In this document: piece by piece, positions 1 to 9,142 of the stretch
Layout: the number at the start of each line of letters is the position of its first letter
Numbering within the stretch: the stretch's first letter is position 1
From: Candidatus Dadabacteria bacterium
Lineage (GTDB): Bacteria > Desulfobacterota_D > UBA1144 > Nemesobacterales > UBA2774
Reading direction: 5' to 3'
Assembly (NCBI GenBank): GCA_004356555.1
Contig: SMWY01000056.1
Coordinates: 1-46,738, forward strand
DNA length: 46,738 nt
Notes under the pieces: model-generated
The model's input: the letters and a program-made list of their open reading frames with translations, nothing else
The model's database searches: none
What the model was told of the DNA's origin: nothing
Program-made: the position numbers and the translations under genes

Positions 1-1271
1 AATTACAAGACCTTAAGAGTTCAGGTATGACAGATGATAGGTTACAGTCGATCGAAGATAAATTAAGCATTCTGGCTGAAGAAATAGACAATATTAAATC
101 TGCCTCAGTTGTTTCCGATCCTACCTACGAGCAGGTCTACGGGACGGCTCCGGCAGCATCAAAGGTTTATCTAAAAGATAAAGGGTTATCCATAGGTGGT
201 TACGGAGAGCTGCTCGTGGGTCAAGTTAAGGGGAATGAGGATAATGTAGTAGATGCTCAGAGAGTAGTACTCTATTTCGGGTATAAATTTACCGACAGGA
301 TAATTTTTAATTCTGAAATCGAGTTTGAGCATGGGACCACTTCTTCAAATCAGGACGGAAGTTCAGGCTCGGTATCTGTAGAGTTTGCCCTCCTAGATTT
401 TCTCCTCTGGCAAGAGCTTAACTTAAGAGCAGGGCTTTTACTTGCTCCTTTCGGCATAATAAACGAAGTGCATGAGCCTACGACTTTCTTCGGAGTATTC
501 AGACCCTCAGTTGAAACACAAATAATTCCCACAACATGGAGAGAAAATGGCTTGGGTGTTTTCGGAGATATCGATCTGGGAGCCGCAGGCTCGATAAATT
601 ATAGATCCTACGCAATGAACAGTTTTGACGCCCGAGGGTTTAGAGCCACAAATAACAGATCTCTTCGTATAAAAGGCTCACGCGCAAGATTTAATGACAT
701 TGCCTGGGTAAGCAGGGTGAATTATAAGCCGGTCCCGTATGTGGCTTTGGGAGCTTCCATATTTCTTGGCAACACAGGTCAGGATGAGGCGATCGATAAC
801 CCTGACTCACCATTTAACGGGGAGAAGTTCGGCGGTTTCTTCCAGATGTATGAGGCGGACTTGCAGCTTCAGTACAGAGGATTTGAAGCGAGAGGGCTTT
901 TTGTTTATACAACACTCGATGACGGTGCTAGGATAAATGCTTTAAACGATTTGGAAGGTGACGATTCCGTAGGCAGCGAACAGTGGGGATATTATGTTGT
1001 AGGAGCATATAATGTGCTCTCACTGGCTAATTTCACTAGTCAGTACGCGCAGTATTTGGCCCCTTTTATAAGGTGGGAACAGTATAATACTCAAGCGAAA
1101 GTGCCGGCAGGCTTTTTTAGAAACCCTGCTAATGACAGAGATGACCTGACAATCGGGCTTGACTATAAGCCGATTCCGAATGTTGTTATTAAAGCAGAGT
1201 ATCAAAGGCTCGATAATGAAGCCAATAATTCTCAGGATCAGTTTAATTTTGGACTTGGATATGTCTTTTAA
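1..1271 (+). CDS. Outer-membrane beta-barrel porin-like protein, 5' end probably outside the window
   Basis: ORF 27..1271. The frame stays open back to nt 3, and the Met-27 product has no signal peptide, so the true start is probably upstream of the window. N-terminal coiled-coil-like segment LQSIEDKLSILAEEIDNIK. Alternating strand-like pattern and the aromatic C-terminus FNFGLGYVF are typical of OMP barrels. Confidence 0.6.
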   Translation, partial: LQDLKSSGMTDDRLQSIEDKLSILAEEIDNIKSASVVSDPTYEQVYGTAPAASKVYLKDKGLSIGGYGELLVGQVKGNEDNVVDAQRVVLYFGYKFTDRIIFNSEIEFEHGTTSSNQDGSSGSVSVEFALLDFLLWQELNLRAGLLLAPFGIINEVHEPTTFFGVFRPSVETQIIPTTWRENGLGVFGDIDLGAAGSINYRSYAMNSFDARGFRATNNRSLRIKGSRARFNDIAWVSRVNYKPVPYVALGASIFLGNTGQDEAIDNPDSPFNGEKFGGFFQMYEADLQLQYRGFEARGLFVYTTLDDGARINALNDLEGDDSVGSEQWGYYVVGAYNVLSLANFTSQYAQYLAPFIRWEQYNTQAKVPAGFFRNPANDRDDLTIGLDYKPIPNVVIKAEYQRLDNEANNSQDQFNFGLGYVF

Positions 1272-1300
1272 GTCTGGTTAAATATAGTCCGCGAATTAGG

Positions 1301-1333
1301 GCGTAGGAATTCGTTTTCTACGCTATTTGTATT
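1301..1333 (+). terminator. Weak candidate rho-independent terminator after the porin gene
   Basis: gcgtag (1301-1306) pairs with ctacgc (1318-1323), followed by the T-rich tatttgtattt. The stem is only 6 bp. Confidence 0.3.
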
Positions 1334-1352
1334 TAATAAGGTAGCTTGAATT

Positions 1353-1907
1353 ATGAATAAGACGATAATAGCGTTATTAGTAATAACAATATATTCATTC
1401 ATCATGGTTTCTCCTTCAGAATCCAAAGTTTATATGAAAAGGGATGAAGCACTAAATACAGCCTTCCCTGATGCGGTTGAGATAGAGAGAAAAGAAATCT
1501 TTTTATCATCTGATCAATCTCAAACAATTGAGTCCCTCGCTTATTCTAAAAATGAGTCCAAACTATATATAATCTATGAGGCTAAAAATGGAGAGAAAAC
1601 TTTAGGTTATGCTATAATAGACACACATTTGCTAAGAACCAAGACCGAGACTGTAATGTTTGTAATCAACCCTGATGGGAGCTTAAGGCAAGCGGAAATA
1701 TTGGCATTTTTCGAACCGCAGGATTATCAAGCAGGAGAGAATTGGATAGAGCTTTTCGAGGGCAAAACTTTGGATGATACTCTAAGGGTAGGAAAAGATA
1801 TACCGAATATTACAGGGGCTACAATTACAGCAAATTCTTTGTCACAGGCGATAAGAAGAATACTGGCAGTATTTAAAGTGGCTTCGGATCAGGGACAGTT
1901 AAACTAA
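1353..1907 (+). CDS. Periplasmic/membrane-anchored FMN-binding (FMN_bind) domain protein
   Basis: N-terminal hydrophobic anchor MNKTIIALLVITIYSFIMV. C-terminal DIPNITGATITANSLSQAI matches the [S/T]GAT flavinylation motif of NqrC/RnfG/NosR-type FMN_bind domains. Confidence 0.75.
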   Translation: MNKTIIALLVITIYSFIMVSPSESKVYMKRDEALNTAFPDAVEIERKEIFLSSDQSQTIESLAYSKNESKLYIIYEAKNGEKTLGYAIIDTHLLRTKTETVMFVINPDGSLRQAEILAFFEPQDYQAGENWIELFEGKTLDDTLRVGKDIPNITGATITANSLSQAIRRILAVFKVASDQGQLN

Positions 1908-1923
1908 CAGAGGATCGAATATA

Positions 1924-2418
1924 TTGCGTTTTTTCATCTCACCCGATATTAAAAAAAATACACTTCTAAAACTGATTGTGGCTTTTACAGTGCTTTTTTT
2001 TCTTTTCCTATGGATTACTAACCTTCTTTTGTATTTTCAAATAGGTTTTAGCTATGAGTCAGTTGTGGAGTATTACCTCGGCTCTGAGCAGGACTTCAGG
2101 CCACCGAGAAGTTATCTTGGAATGCTGGAAGAAGCCCATTTCCACTTCTTCGCAATGGCTATAATCCTTGTAACTTTAAATCATCTGATTCTATTTACAA
2201 AGATTGGCAACTTCTGGAAACTCCTGCTTATACTATCTTCGTATTTATCGGCGTTGGGCGATATAGCCGGGGGATGGCTTATACTATATGTAAGCCCCGA
2301 TTTTGCCTACTTAAAGATAGCATCGTTACTAGTTCTACAGGTTTCTCTAGCCGCTTTGATGATTATAGTTATATGGTTTCTTTACGGATATAGCGACCAT
2401 CAAGACAGCTATGGATAG
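1924..2418 (+). CDS. Small integral membrane protein, about 4 TM, His-rich second helix
   Basis: TTG start 16 nt after the FMN_bind stop, preceded by agagga. Four hydrophobic segments. EEAHFHFFAMAIILVTLNH places three His residues in or near TM2. No family recognised. Confidence 0.6.
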   Translation: MRFFISPDIKKNTLLKLIVAFTVLFFLFLWITNLLLYFQIGFSYESVVEYYLGSEQDFRPPRSYLGMLEEAHFHFFAMAIILVTLNHLILFTKIGNFWKLLLILSSYLSALGDIAGGWLILYVSPDFAYLKIASLLVLQVSLAALMIIVIWFLYGYSDHQDSYG

Positions 2419-2421
2419 GCC

Positions 2422-2438
2422 TTTAATTTGAAATTAAA
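2422..2438. terminator. AT-only perfect palindrome in a convergent gene gap (possible weak bidirectional terminator)
   Basis: tttaattt-g-aaattaaa, with 8-bp arms, lies between the stops of the 1924..2418 (+) and 2434..3720 (-) genes. It has no GC pairs, so stability is doubtful. Confidence 0.2.
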
Positions 2439-3720
2439 TTAGCTTGAGTTTTTTTCTGAGTTTACTCACGTCGTAATAAGGTTCTCCGCGGTTTCTAGCG
2501 TGTTCATAAATGACCTCAAGCTCATTTATCACGGAACTTAGCTTAACTCTTCCATCTTTAGTCTTTAAAGCTTGTTTAGGGGATTCGCCGTCCAGTATTT
2601 CAAGAGGCATGTTTAGCCATTTATCGTAGTGCTTATCTAGTTCTGAATCGAGTTCCTTCTTGTTTTTTACTCCAAGCGGATATTTCTTTAATTTTTTCGT
2701 TTCACTTATGTTCCTATCTATGAGCGTGTCCTGTTCTTTTATAGTGTCTTCCAAGTGTTTTATGAGCCCTTTGCATTCTTTCTCAATTTTAGATTTTGCT
2801 CTTGCAAGCATATCTACCGAATAGCATTCGATACGTAATTTAGTCTTTTCTATCTCAAGTATGCCGGTAATTTTATTTCTGCCTATTTTTTCCCAAGAGA
2901 ATATTCTAATTTCTTCGGTTTTATCGCTAATCTCTTTTAATGATTTAATTTTCTCGATATTCTTTATGCATTGTTCGTATTTGTCTACAAAATAATTTGC
3001 TATTGCCAGTATAAATTCATCACCTTCGGGCGTAACAAAATGCGGGTGGTTGGCAACATCCTCAATGTAATAACCAATCTGAAATCCCCAGTCTTTTAAA
3101 TACTCACTTTTAGTTTTTTGATTACCGTATAGTTTTTTATACTCTTTAAATTCTTGATCGAAAAATTCAGTAATTAGGTTTTTAAAAGTAGCCGGATAAA
3201 GTGAGACTATTCCTGAAAAGTAATTTTGATTCCCAATTTTAAGGGGTCTTGCTGCAATTATATCCTTACGTTTTATTTGCTTGGAAGATGCCCTGTCCAA
3301 AACTTCAAATACTTTTCCTGTAAATATATCTTTTATAACGCACTTTTCGCCGGACAGGACTTCTTCAACCTCAAAAAAGCTGTATATGCTTTTTATCCAG
3401 TCTTTTATTAGCCTCTTTTCAGCATCCGATAATTCCTTGCCCTCATCGATGTAAAATCTTTCTATTACCCTTTCTTCTGAATCCAGCAGCTTAAAGTCAT
3501 ATAAGAACCAATCCAAGAATTTCTCAAATGTTAGCTCATCTATCTCCTCTTCACTAATATCTTCACTTGTAAATTCAGGGTCATTCTTCCAAATATAAAA
3601 AGCTTCTCCGATTTGGGACTGCATCTCCGGACGCTCAGAATAATCTACCAATTTTTCCCTGAGTTCCTTTTCAGCCTGATCAAACTTGTATTGTGTAATA
3701 TCTACCACAGATTCAGTCAT
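2434..3720 (-). CDS. Hypothetical cytoplasmic protein (428 aa), function unknown
   Basis: Long uninterrupted ORF with protein-like composition. Acidic N-terminal region with FLDWFLYDFKL. C-terminal LDGESPKQALKTKDGRVKLSSVINELE helix-type module. No catalytic motif recognised. Confidence 0.7.
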   Translation of the reverse strand: MTESVVDITQYKFDQAEKELREKLVDYSERPEMQSQIGEAFYIWKNDPEFTSEDISEEEIDELTFEKFLDWFLYDFKLLDSEERVIERFYIDEGKELSDAEKRLIKDWIKSIYSFFEVEEVLSGEKCVIKDIFTGKVFEVLDRASSKQIKRKDIIAARPLKIGNQNYFSGIVSLYPATFKNLITEFFDQEFKEYKKLYGNQKTKSEYLKDWGFQIGYYIEDVANHPHFVTPEGDEFILAIANYFVDKYEQCIKNIEKIKSLKEISDKTEEIRIFSWEKIGRNKITGILEIEKTKLRIECYSVDMLARAKSKIEKECKGLIKHLEDTIKEQDTLIDRNISETKKLKKYPLGVKNKKELDSELDKHYDKWLNMPLEILDGESPKQALKTKDGRVKLSSVINELEVIYEHARNRGEPYYDVSKLRKKLKLI

Positions 3721-3979
3721 CTTATTTTAAACTGCTCCTTAGTGTTAAATTTAATAATAGATTCTAACTTTTCAACTTATATCTCATTCTATTGTGCCAA
3801 ACTCACTTTCTAAAGAATATATTTTCATATATTAATATCCTTTTGAGATTTAGTTTACCGGAAATTAAGAAAACTGTGGGGATAATCCTCTAGTTATTCC
3901 CAAGCAACAAGTGTTCAGAGTAAATAGATCATAAATAACTTTTGAATATCGGTTTTCCGATGTATAATCCTTTCCCGTT

Positions 3980-5263
3980 ATGAAGATTGTACAAATTAAT
4001 ATAAAAAATTTACTAACCCAATTGAGCGGTCTTAGGAGGAGTTCTTCTCTTTCCGACCCTGAGCTGGAATCGTCTACAAAAAAAATTGTGGATGATGTAA
4101 AACGAAACGGTGACAAAGCTCTTTTTAAATATACAAAGAGGTTTGATAAGTTAGACCTCACCAAAAGAACTGTTAAGGTTAAGGCTCGTGAATTTGAGCG
4201 AGCGGAGTCGCTGGTATCTAAAGAATTAAGAGCTGATCTTATAAACGCGGCCAAAAGAATAAGAGAATTTCATAAACATAAACTCCCCGTAGAGAATATT
4301 TACAAAGACAAGCTCGGAAACGAGCTTGGATGGCTCATTCGGCCTATTGAAAGAGCGGGGTTATATGTTCCCGGCGGAAAAGCTTCTTATCCTTCAACTG
4401 TCTTGATGACTGCTATACCGGCTAAAGTAGCAGGCGTGGAGGAGCTAGTCCTAGTTACACCATGTCCTGGCGGTGAGCTAAATCCGACTGTCTTAGTAGC
4501 TGCCTCAATTGCCGGTGTGGATTCCATATATAAAGTAGGGGGGGCGCAGGCTGTTGCTGCTATGGCTTATGGTACTGAGTCGATTCCAAAGGTAGATAAG
4601 ATTGTAGGTCCCGGGAATATATATGTGACGATTGCAAAGAAGCTCGTATTCGGACAAGTGGATATTGATATGATAGCCGGGCCCAGTGAGGTTTTGATAA
4701 TATCGGACGGGAGTTCTCCCGTAAGCTGGGTGGCCGCTGATCTTTTGGCTCAGGCTGAGCATGATGAAATGGCTGTTCCTCTTCTCGTTACCGATTCCCG
4801 TGAGTTCGGAAAAGAGGTTCAGAAAGAAGTCTCACGTCAATTAAAATCGCTAAAAAGAAGAAACATAGCGAGCCAGGCTGTAAAAAGCCAGGGAAGGATA
4901 TTTATTGTAAAGAATATTGATGAGGCAGCTCAAGTTGCAAATGCTCTAGCGCCTGAACACTTGGAATTGTGTGTTAAAAATCCAAAAGCCCTTCTTAAGA
5001 AGATCAAGAACGCAGGTGCTATATTCTTAGGTTCCATGTCTACTGAGGCATTTGGTGATTATGTAGCCGGGCCAAGTCATGTTCTTCCTACGGGGGGAGC
5101 CGCAAGGTTTTCTTCACCGCTTAGCGTCTATGATTTTCTAAGAATGCCTAGCGTGATATCAATTTCGAAAAAGGGGTTTCAAAAACTAAGTGGCTGTGTT
5201 ATGAACCTCGCCTATAGCGAAGGGCTTGAAGCTCATGCTCTATCCGTAAAAGTGAGGAATTAA
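3980..5263 (+). CDS. hisD: Histidinol dehydrogenase
   Basis: Full-length HisD-like protein with motifs GGAQAVAAMAYGT, IAGPSEVLIISD, LAQAEHDE, APEHLEL and GDYVAGPSHVLPT. Confidence 0.97.
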   Translation: MKIVQINIKNLLTQLSGLRRSSSLSDPELESSTKKIVDDVKRNGDKALFKYTKRFDKLDLTKRTVKVKAREFERAESLVSKELRADLINAAKRIREFHKHKLPVENIYKDKLGNELGWLIRPIERAGLYVPGGKASYPSTVLMTAIPAKVAGVEELVLVTPCPGGELNPTVLVAASIAGVDSIYKVGGAQAVAAMAYGTESIPKVDKIVGPGNIYVTIAKKLVFGQVDIDMIAGPSEVLIISDGSSPVSWVAADLLAQAEHDEMAVPLLVTDSREFGKEVQKEVSRQLKSLKRRNIASQAVKSQGRIFIVKNIDEAAQVANALAPEHLELCVKNPKALLKKIKNAGAIFLGSMSTEAFGDYVAGPSHVLPTGGAARFSSPLSVYDFLRMPSVISISKKGFQKLSGCVMNLAYSEGLEAHALSVKVRN

Positions 5264-5318
5264 GCGCTATCTACGGGAAACCATAAGTAGTGCATAAACA
5301 TATATATGGTTAAATAAA

Positions 5319-6419
5319 ATGACTTCTAAAGATAAAAAATCACAACCCAATGACTCAAACATTATAGAGTCAAGGGTTAGTCAGAAAATTCGGGATATAT
5401 CCCCTTATTCGGTCCCACATTTCAATTGTAAAGTTAGACTAGACGGTAATGAAAGCCCTTTTTCCCTTACAAAGGAAGTGCAAGAGAAAGTAGATAGGGC
5501 TATAAAAGAAATTGATATTAACAGATATCCGGATCCCGAGGCAAAGAGATTGATTGAGATAATATCCAGAGTCTGTGATTTTCCTAAAGAGGGGATTCTA
5601 TTGGGAAACGGATCAGATGAGCTCATAGGGATGCTGATTACAACCTTCTCAAACGGTACAGGAAGGGTTCTGTGTCCAACGCCTACTTTTTCCATGTACA
5701 GACTTGCGGGATTGGCTATGGGAGCGGATATTGTAGAAACTGCGTTAGATGAGAACTTCGATATAGATCTGGATGAAACTATTAGTATGATCGAAAACAA
5801 CGATCCAGATTTGATATTCCTGGCTTCTCCTAATAATCCTACAGGGAACATGTACTCTGCCGATAAAATAGCGGAGATCATAAGCGTAGCAAAGGGGATT
5901 GTCGTTGTGGATGAGGCATATTCTGATTTTAGCGGGTATACGTTCCTGCCGTTGGTAAAGGAGTGTGAGAACCTTGTAATACTAAAGACCTTATCGAAAG
6001 TTGGATTTGCGGGACTTAGGATAGGGAAGCTCTTTGCAAGGGATAATCTTGTAAACGAGATAAACAAAGTCCGTTATCCCTACAATATCAATTCGCTAAG
6101 CCAAGTGGTGGCAGAGGTAGTGCTTGAAAACCACGAATTCGTGACGGAAAACATTCAACTTATAATTAGAGAAAGGGATCGCATTTATAAGGCCTTATCA
6201 TCTCTAGAGCAGATAAAGGCTTATCCAAGTGATGCGAATTTTATATTTTTTAGAGTAGATGACGCGGATTCTATATTTAGTAAACTAGTAGAGAAGGATA
6301 TTCTTATAAGGAATTTTAATAGGCCTGGAATACTCAGCAACTCTATGCGTGTAACAATAGGCACACCTGAAGAGAATGATGCTTTCCTAAGTGCCTTAGG
6401 TGAAATCTTTTCCTCTTAG
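5319..6419 (+). CDS. hisC: Histidinol-phosphate aminotransferase
   Basis: LDGNESPF, NRYPDP, SPNNPTG, VVVDEAY and the PLP-lysine region TLSKVGFAGLRIG. Lies directly downstream of hisD. Confidence 0.95.
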   Translation: MTSKDKKSQPNDSNIIESRVSQKIRDISPYSVPHFNCKVRLDGNESPFSLTKEVQEKVDRAIKEIDINRYPDPEAKRLIEIISRVCDFPKEGILLGNGSDELIGMLITTFSNGTGRVLCPTPTFSMYRLAGLAMGADIVETALDENFDIDLDETISMIENNDPDLIFLASPNNPTGNMYSADKIAEIISVAKGIVVVDEAYSDFSGYTFLPLVKECENLVILKTLSKVGFAGLRIGKLFARDNLVNEINKVRYPYNINSLSQVVAEVVLENHEFVTENIQLIIRERDRIYKALSSLEQIKAYPSDANFIFFRVDDADSIFSKLVEKDILIRNFNRPGILSNSMRVTIGTPEENDAFLSALGEIFSS

Positions 6420-7958
6420 TTTTACAACTACTGCAAAACCAATCCAGAAGACTGAACATGCAATAGGGAAGATATCTCCTATTCTTGTATAGAGAGTTTT
6501 TCCCCCATTCATGAGACTTACTTCTCCCTCCAGGTTTGTTTGTACAAAGTTATCTGTCCTGTCTACCACTCTTCCCACAGGGTCGATAATTGCGCTTATA
6601 CCTGTGTTTGTCGACCTAAGCAGATACTTTCTGGTTTCTACTGCTCTGGGGATTGAAATAAATAAGTGCTGGTAGGGCGCTATAGTCTTGCCGAACCATG
6701 CATCGTTTGTGATATTGACAATTAGATTCGCCCCTTTATTCACAAACTGCCTGCTAAATGACGGGATAATGTCCTCATAACATATGAGGGGGGCTATTTT
6801 AGCCCCTTTTTCTTTAATCTCGAAGAGATCAAGTTTGTCTCCGGGCGTGAAATCCCCTGAAGCGGGGCTGATGTTTTTAATTGCAGGGATATATTTTGCA
6901 AACGGAAGATACTCGCCGAATAAGAGGAGTTTAATTTTATGGTATCGGCCCAATATGATACCGTTTGAGTCAGTGAAGAAAGCAGTGTTGTATTTTATTA
7001 TATTTTCATCCGTTAGGATTTCCGAATTCGGATCGGTAGGTGTAAAAGACATCCCGCCCACAATAAAATATTTACCCTCCATTTCGGGCACTCCTAATTC
7101 ATCCCTTACTATAAGATAGTCTGAGGAGTTTGAGAACCAAGCCTGGATTGAGGTTTCAGGCCAGATGATCAGATCAGCTGACTTAAGGTCTTCTGACATC
7201 TCTTTATGTCGGTCGGTAACTGTTTTTTCCTGGTTCTCGGTTTTTTCCAGGAAATCAAAATTAGCCTGCACCATTCCTATTTTAAGTTTGGGGGACTGAG
7301 ATATCTCTACATCAACCTGAGCAATTCTGAAATATCCGTATGCAAGTATTGATACCAGTAGTATGAATGATAGTAAGATTTCCCCACCAGGCAGAAGCGC
7401 GTTTAGTTTAAATCTTTTGATTGCCCTCATTAATGTGACATTTATGACGACAATTATGAAGCTAAGGACGTATATACCTAACAGGTCATAGACCTGAATA
7501 ACGGGTAGAAAGTCTGCCTGGGAATTTGTAATACCGTAGGGAAATAGGAACGGGAAGAGATATTCAATTGATGTCCAAATTGATGCTATAAGTAGTACCG
7601 AAAGAACGCCGGGTTTTCTAAACAATCCGAGTCTGGTGGTTGCATATGAAAATATGCCAAAAGAAAGACCGGCAAAGGCGCTCAAAAATATGATAAATAT
7701 GAAGCTTATGATAATTGAAAACCCGCCGAATCTAGCGAGGGTTCCTATTAACCAGTAGGTTCCGATAAAGTTTCCAATTGTTCCCGCCAGAAGGCCGAGC
7801 TTGAATGCGTCTCTTGGGGATTTTTTAACTATTGCCCAAAATAGCGGTATCAAAAGAATCCAGGCAAGAATTCCTGAATACGGGACCATAAAAGTAAGTG
7901 GATATAACACACCGGTCAGTGCAGAGAGAGCTAGATCGGACTTTTTAATCTCAGACAT
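6396..7958 (-). CDS. lnt: Apolipoprotein N-acyltransferase
   Basis: N-terminal multi-TM region plus a C-terminal nitrilase-like domain with IWPE, ICYEDIIP and NITNDAWFG. Lies downstream of lgt on the same strand. Confidence 0.95.
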   Translation of the reverse strand: MSEIKKSDLALSALTGVLYPLTFMVPYSGILAWILLIPLFWAIVKKSPRDAFKLGLLAGTIGNFIGTYWLIGTLARFGGFSIIISFIFIIFLSAFAGLSFGIFSYATTRLGLFRKPGVLSVLLIASIWTSIEYLFPFLFPYGITNSQADFLPVIQVYDLLGIYVLSFIIVVINVTLMRAIKRFKLNALLPGGEILLSFILLVSILAYGYFRIAQVDVEISQSPKLKIGMVQANFDFLEKTENQEKTVTDRHKEMSEDLKSADLIIWPETSIQAWFSNSSDYLIVRDELGVPEMEGKYFIVGGMSFTPTDPNSEILTDENIIKYNTAFFTDSNGIILGRYHKIKLLLFGEYLPFAKYIPAIKNISPASGDFTPGDKLDLFEIKEKGAKIAPLICYEDIIPSFSRQFVNKGANLIVNITNDAWFGKTIAPYQHLFISIPRAVETRKYLLRSTNTGISAIIDPVGRVVDRTDNFVQTNLEGEVSLMNGGKTLYTRIGDIFPIACSVFWIGFAVVVKLRGKDFT

Positions 7959-8043
7959 GGTGCTTAAACATACCCAAGCACAGTGAGTTGGGAAAGATGC
8001 ATTTTTCTAAGGGAAATTAAGAGGCCATTATTAAGCTCATTAT

Positions 8044-8847
8044 CTATGCTTTTCTCTTTCTTCTGGATTTTTTAGGTGGATCAGGAGCCTCGGTAATTTC
8101 ACCTGAACTAGTAAAAGTATATAACTTAACTGCTCCTGCTACGATTAATCCAAGTGCTATAACCTGAGCTATTGAAAGGTTGGGGATAGGGCTAGGAGTC
8201 GTGTTTCTAAGAAACTCTATAAAGAACCTCTCAAATCCTGAAATAATCAAATAGATTGAAAAAAGCCATCCGGCTGGTCTTACTTTGGTTCTAATTTTCC
8301 ATATGTATAAAAAGGCTATAAACATAATTATTATTTCATAGAGCTGTGTGGGGTGGACAGCCTCGGTTGTTGGTGGAAGGCCATTGGGAAATGCTATAGC
8401 CCAGGGTAGGTTTGACGGCACCCCGTAGTCATCACCTACCAATAGACACCCTATTCTCCCAATGGAATACGCTAATGCTGCTGCAGGGGCGGTTAGGTCT
8501 CCTATTATCCACATACTGATCTTGTTTCTCCGGGCAATTAACCAGACTATTACAAAAGCTCCGATAAAGCCCCCGTAGAATGTAAGGCCGCCGCGGGATA
8601 AAAGATGAGTCAACGGATGTCTGATTAACTCTCCAAGCGGTACGTTTTCTAATAGATAGAGTAGTTTTGCTCCTACGATCCCGCCGATCATGGTAGCAAG
8701 GAACATATTGCTTATAACTTTTTCGTTTAGTTTTTTTCTCGTTGTTTCAAGGGATATAAGCCAATAGCCTGCTAAAAAGCAAAGAGCCATCATTATGCCG
8801 AATGAAGAGATGGTGAAGTCGCCTATTTTTATGAGTTCAGGATACAT
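8044..8847 (-). CDS. lgt: Phosphatidylglycerol-prolipoprotein diacylglyceryl transferase
   Basis: Polytopic membrane protein with GRIGCLLVGDDYG and HPTQLYE signatures and a basic C-terminal tail. Confidence 0.95.
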   Translation of the reverse strand: MYPELIKIGDFTISSFGIMMALCFLAGYWLISLETTRKKLNEKVISNMFLATMIGGIVGAKLLYLLENVPLGELIRHPLTHLLSRGGLTFYGGFIGAFVIVWLIARRNKISMWIIGDLTAPAAALAYSIGRIGCLLVGDDYGVPSNLPWAIAFPNGLPPTTEAVHPTQLYEIIIMFIAFLYIWKIRTKVRPAGWLFSIYLIISGFERFFIEFLRNTTPSPIPNLSIAQVIALGLIVAGAVKLYTFTSSGEITEAPDPPKKSRRKRKA

Positions 8848-9000
8848 TTAGTCCTCGCTTCCTTTAGTGGGGGGATTCTTTATTTTTGAGCTGAGTTCTT
8901 TTTTGAGTTCAGAGTTTTTGATCATCAAATAAAATAGAATCCCAAAAAGAATCACGCATAGTACTATTTGAATAATTAGAGCTGTCGATAAGCTATTCAT
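8848..9000 (-). CDS. Small single-pass membrane protein (50 aa), not in the ORF track
   Basis: My translation: MNSLSTALIIQIVLCVILFGILFYLMIKNSELKKELSSKIKNPPTKGSED. AGGAG sits 7 nt upstream of the ATG (aattaggagaattaatcATG). The TAA stop (8850-8848) abuts the lgt ATG (8847-8845), reading TAAATG. Confidence 0.5.
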   Translation of the reverse strand: MNSLSTALIIQIVLCVILFGILFYLMIKNSELKKELSSKIKNPPTKGSED

Positions 9001-9142
9001 GATTAATTCTCCTAATTAATTTTAACGTATTAAAGTAGAAGTCAATACATATTGATATGAAGATAGCAAACGCAATTATTTCTTAACCGAACATTAATAT
9101 ATTTTAACTTGAAATATAAGTAAAAATAGGTAGATTCACTAA

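Noticed and set aside
3794-3799. Perfect TGGCAC on the minus strand, about 75 nt upstream of the 428-aa gene
   Set aside because: The expected -12 TTGC is absent at the correct spacing (TGGCAC-aatag-AATG), so it is probably a chance hexamer.
3865-4254. 129-aa minus-strand ORF overlapping the hisD start region
   Set aside because: It overlaps the well-supported hisD N-terminus, is a Ser/Leu-rich shadow frame, and has no RBS.
5405-6067. 220-aa minus-strand ORF inside hisC. There are similar long antisense ORFs at 27498-28016, 29094-29552, 40240-40677, 41734-42153, 42169-42453 and 43149-43529.
   Set aside because: Each lies entirely antisense to a confidently identified gene. Their products are Ser/Leu/Ile-rich and low-complexity with no motifs, as expected for shadow ORFs in AT-rich DNA.
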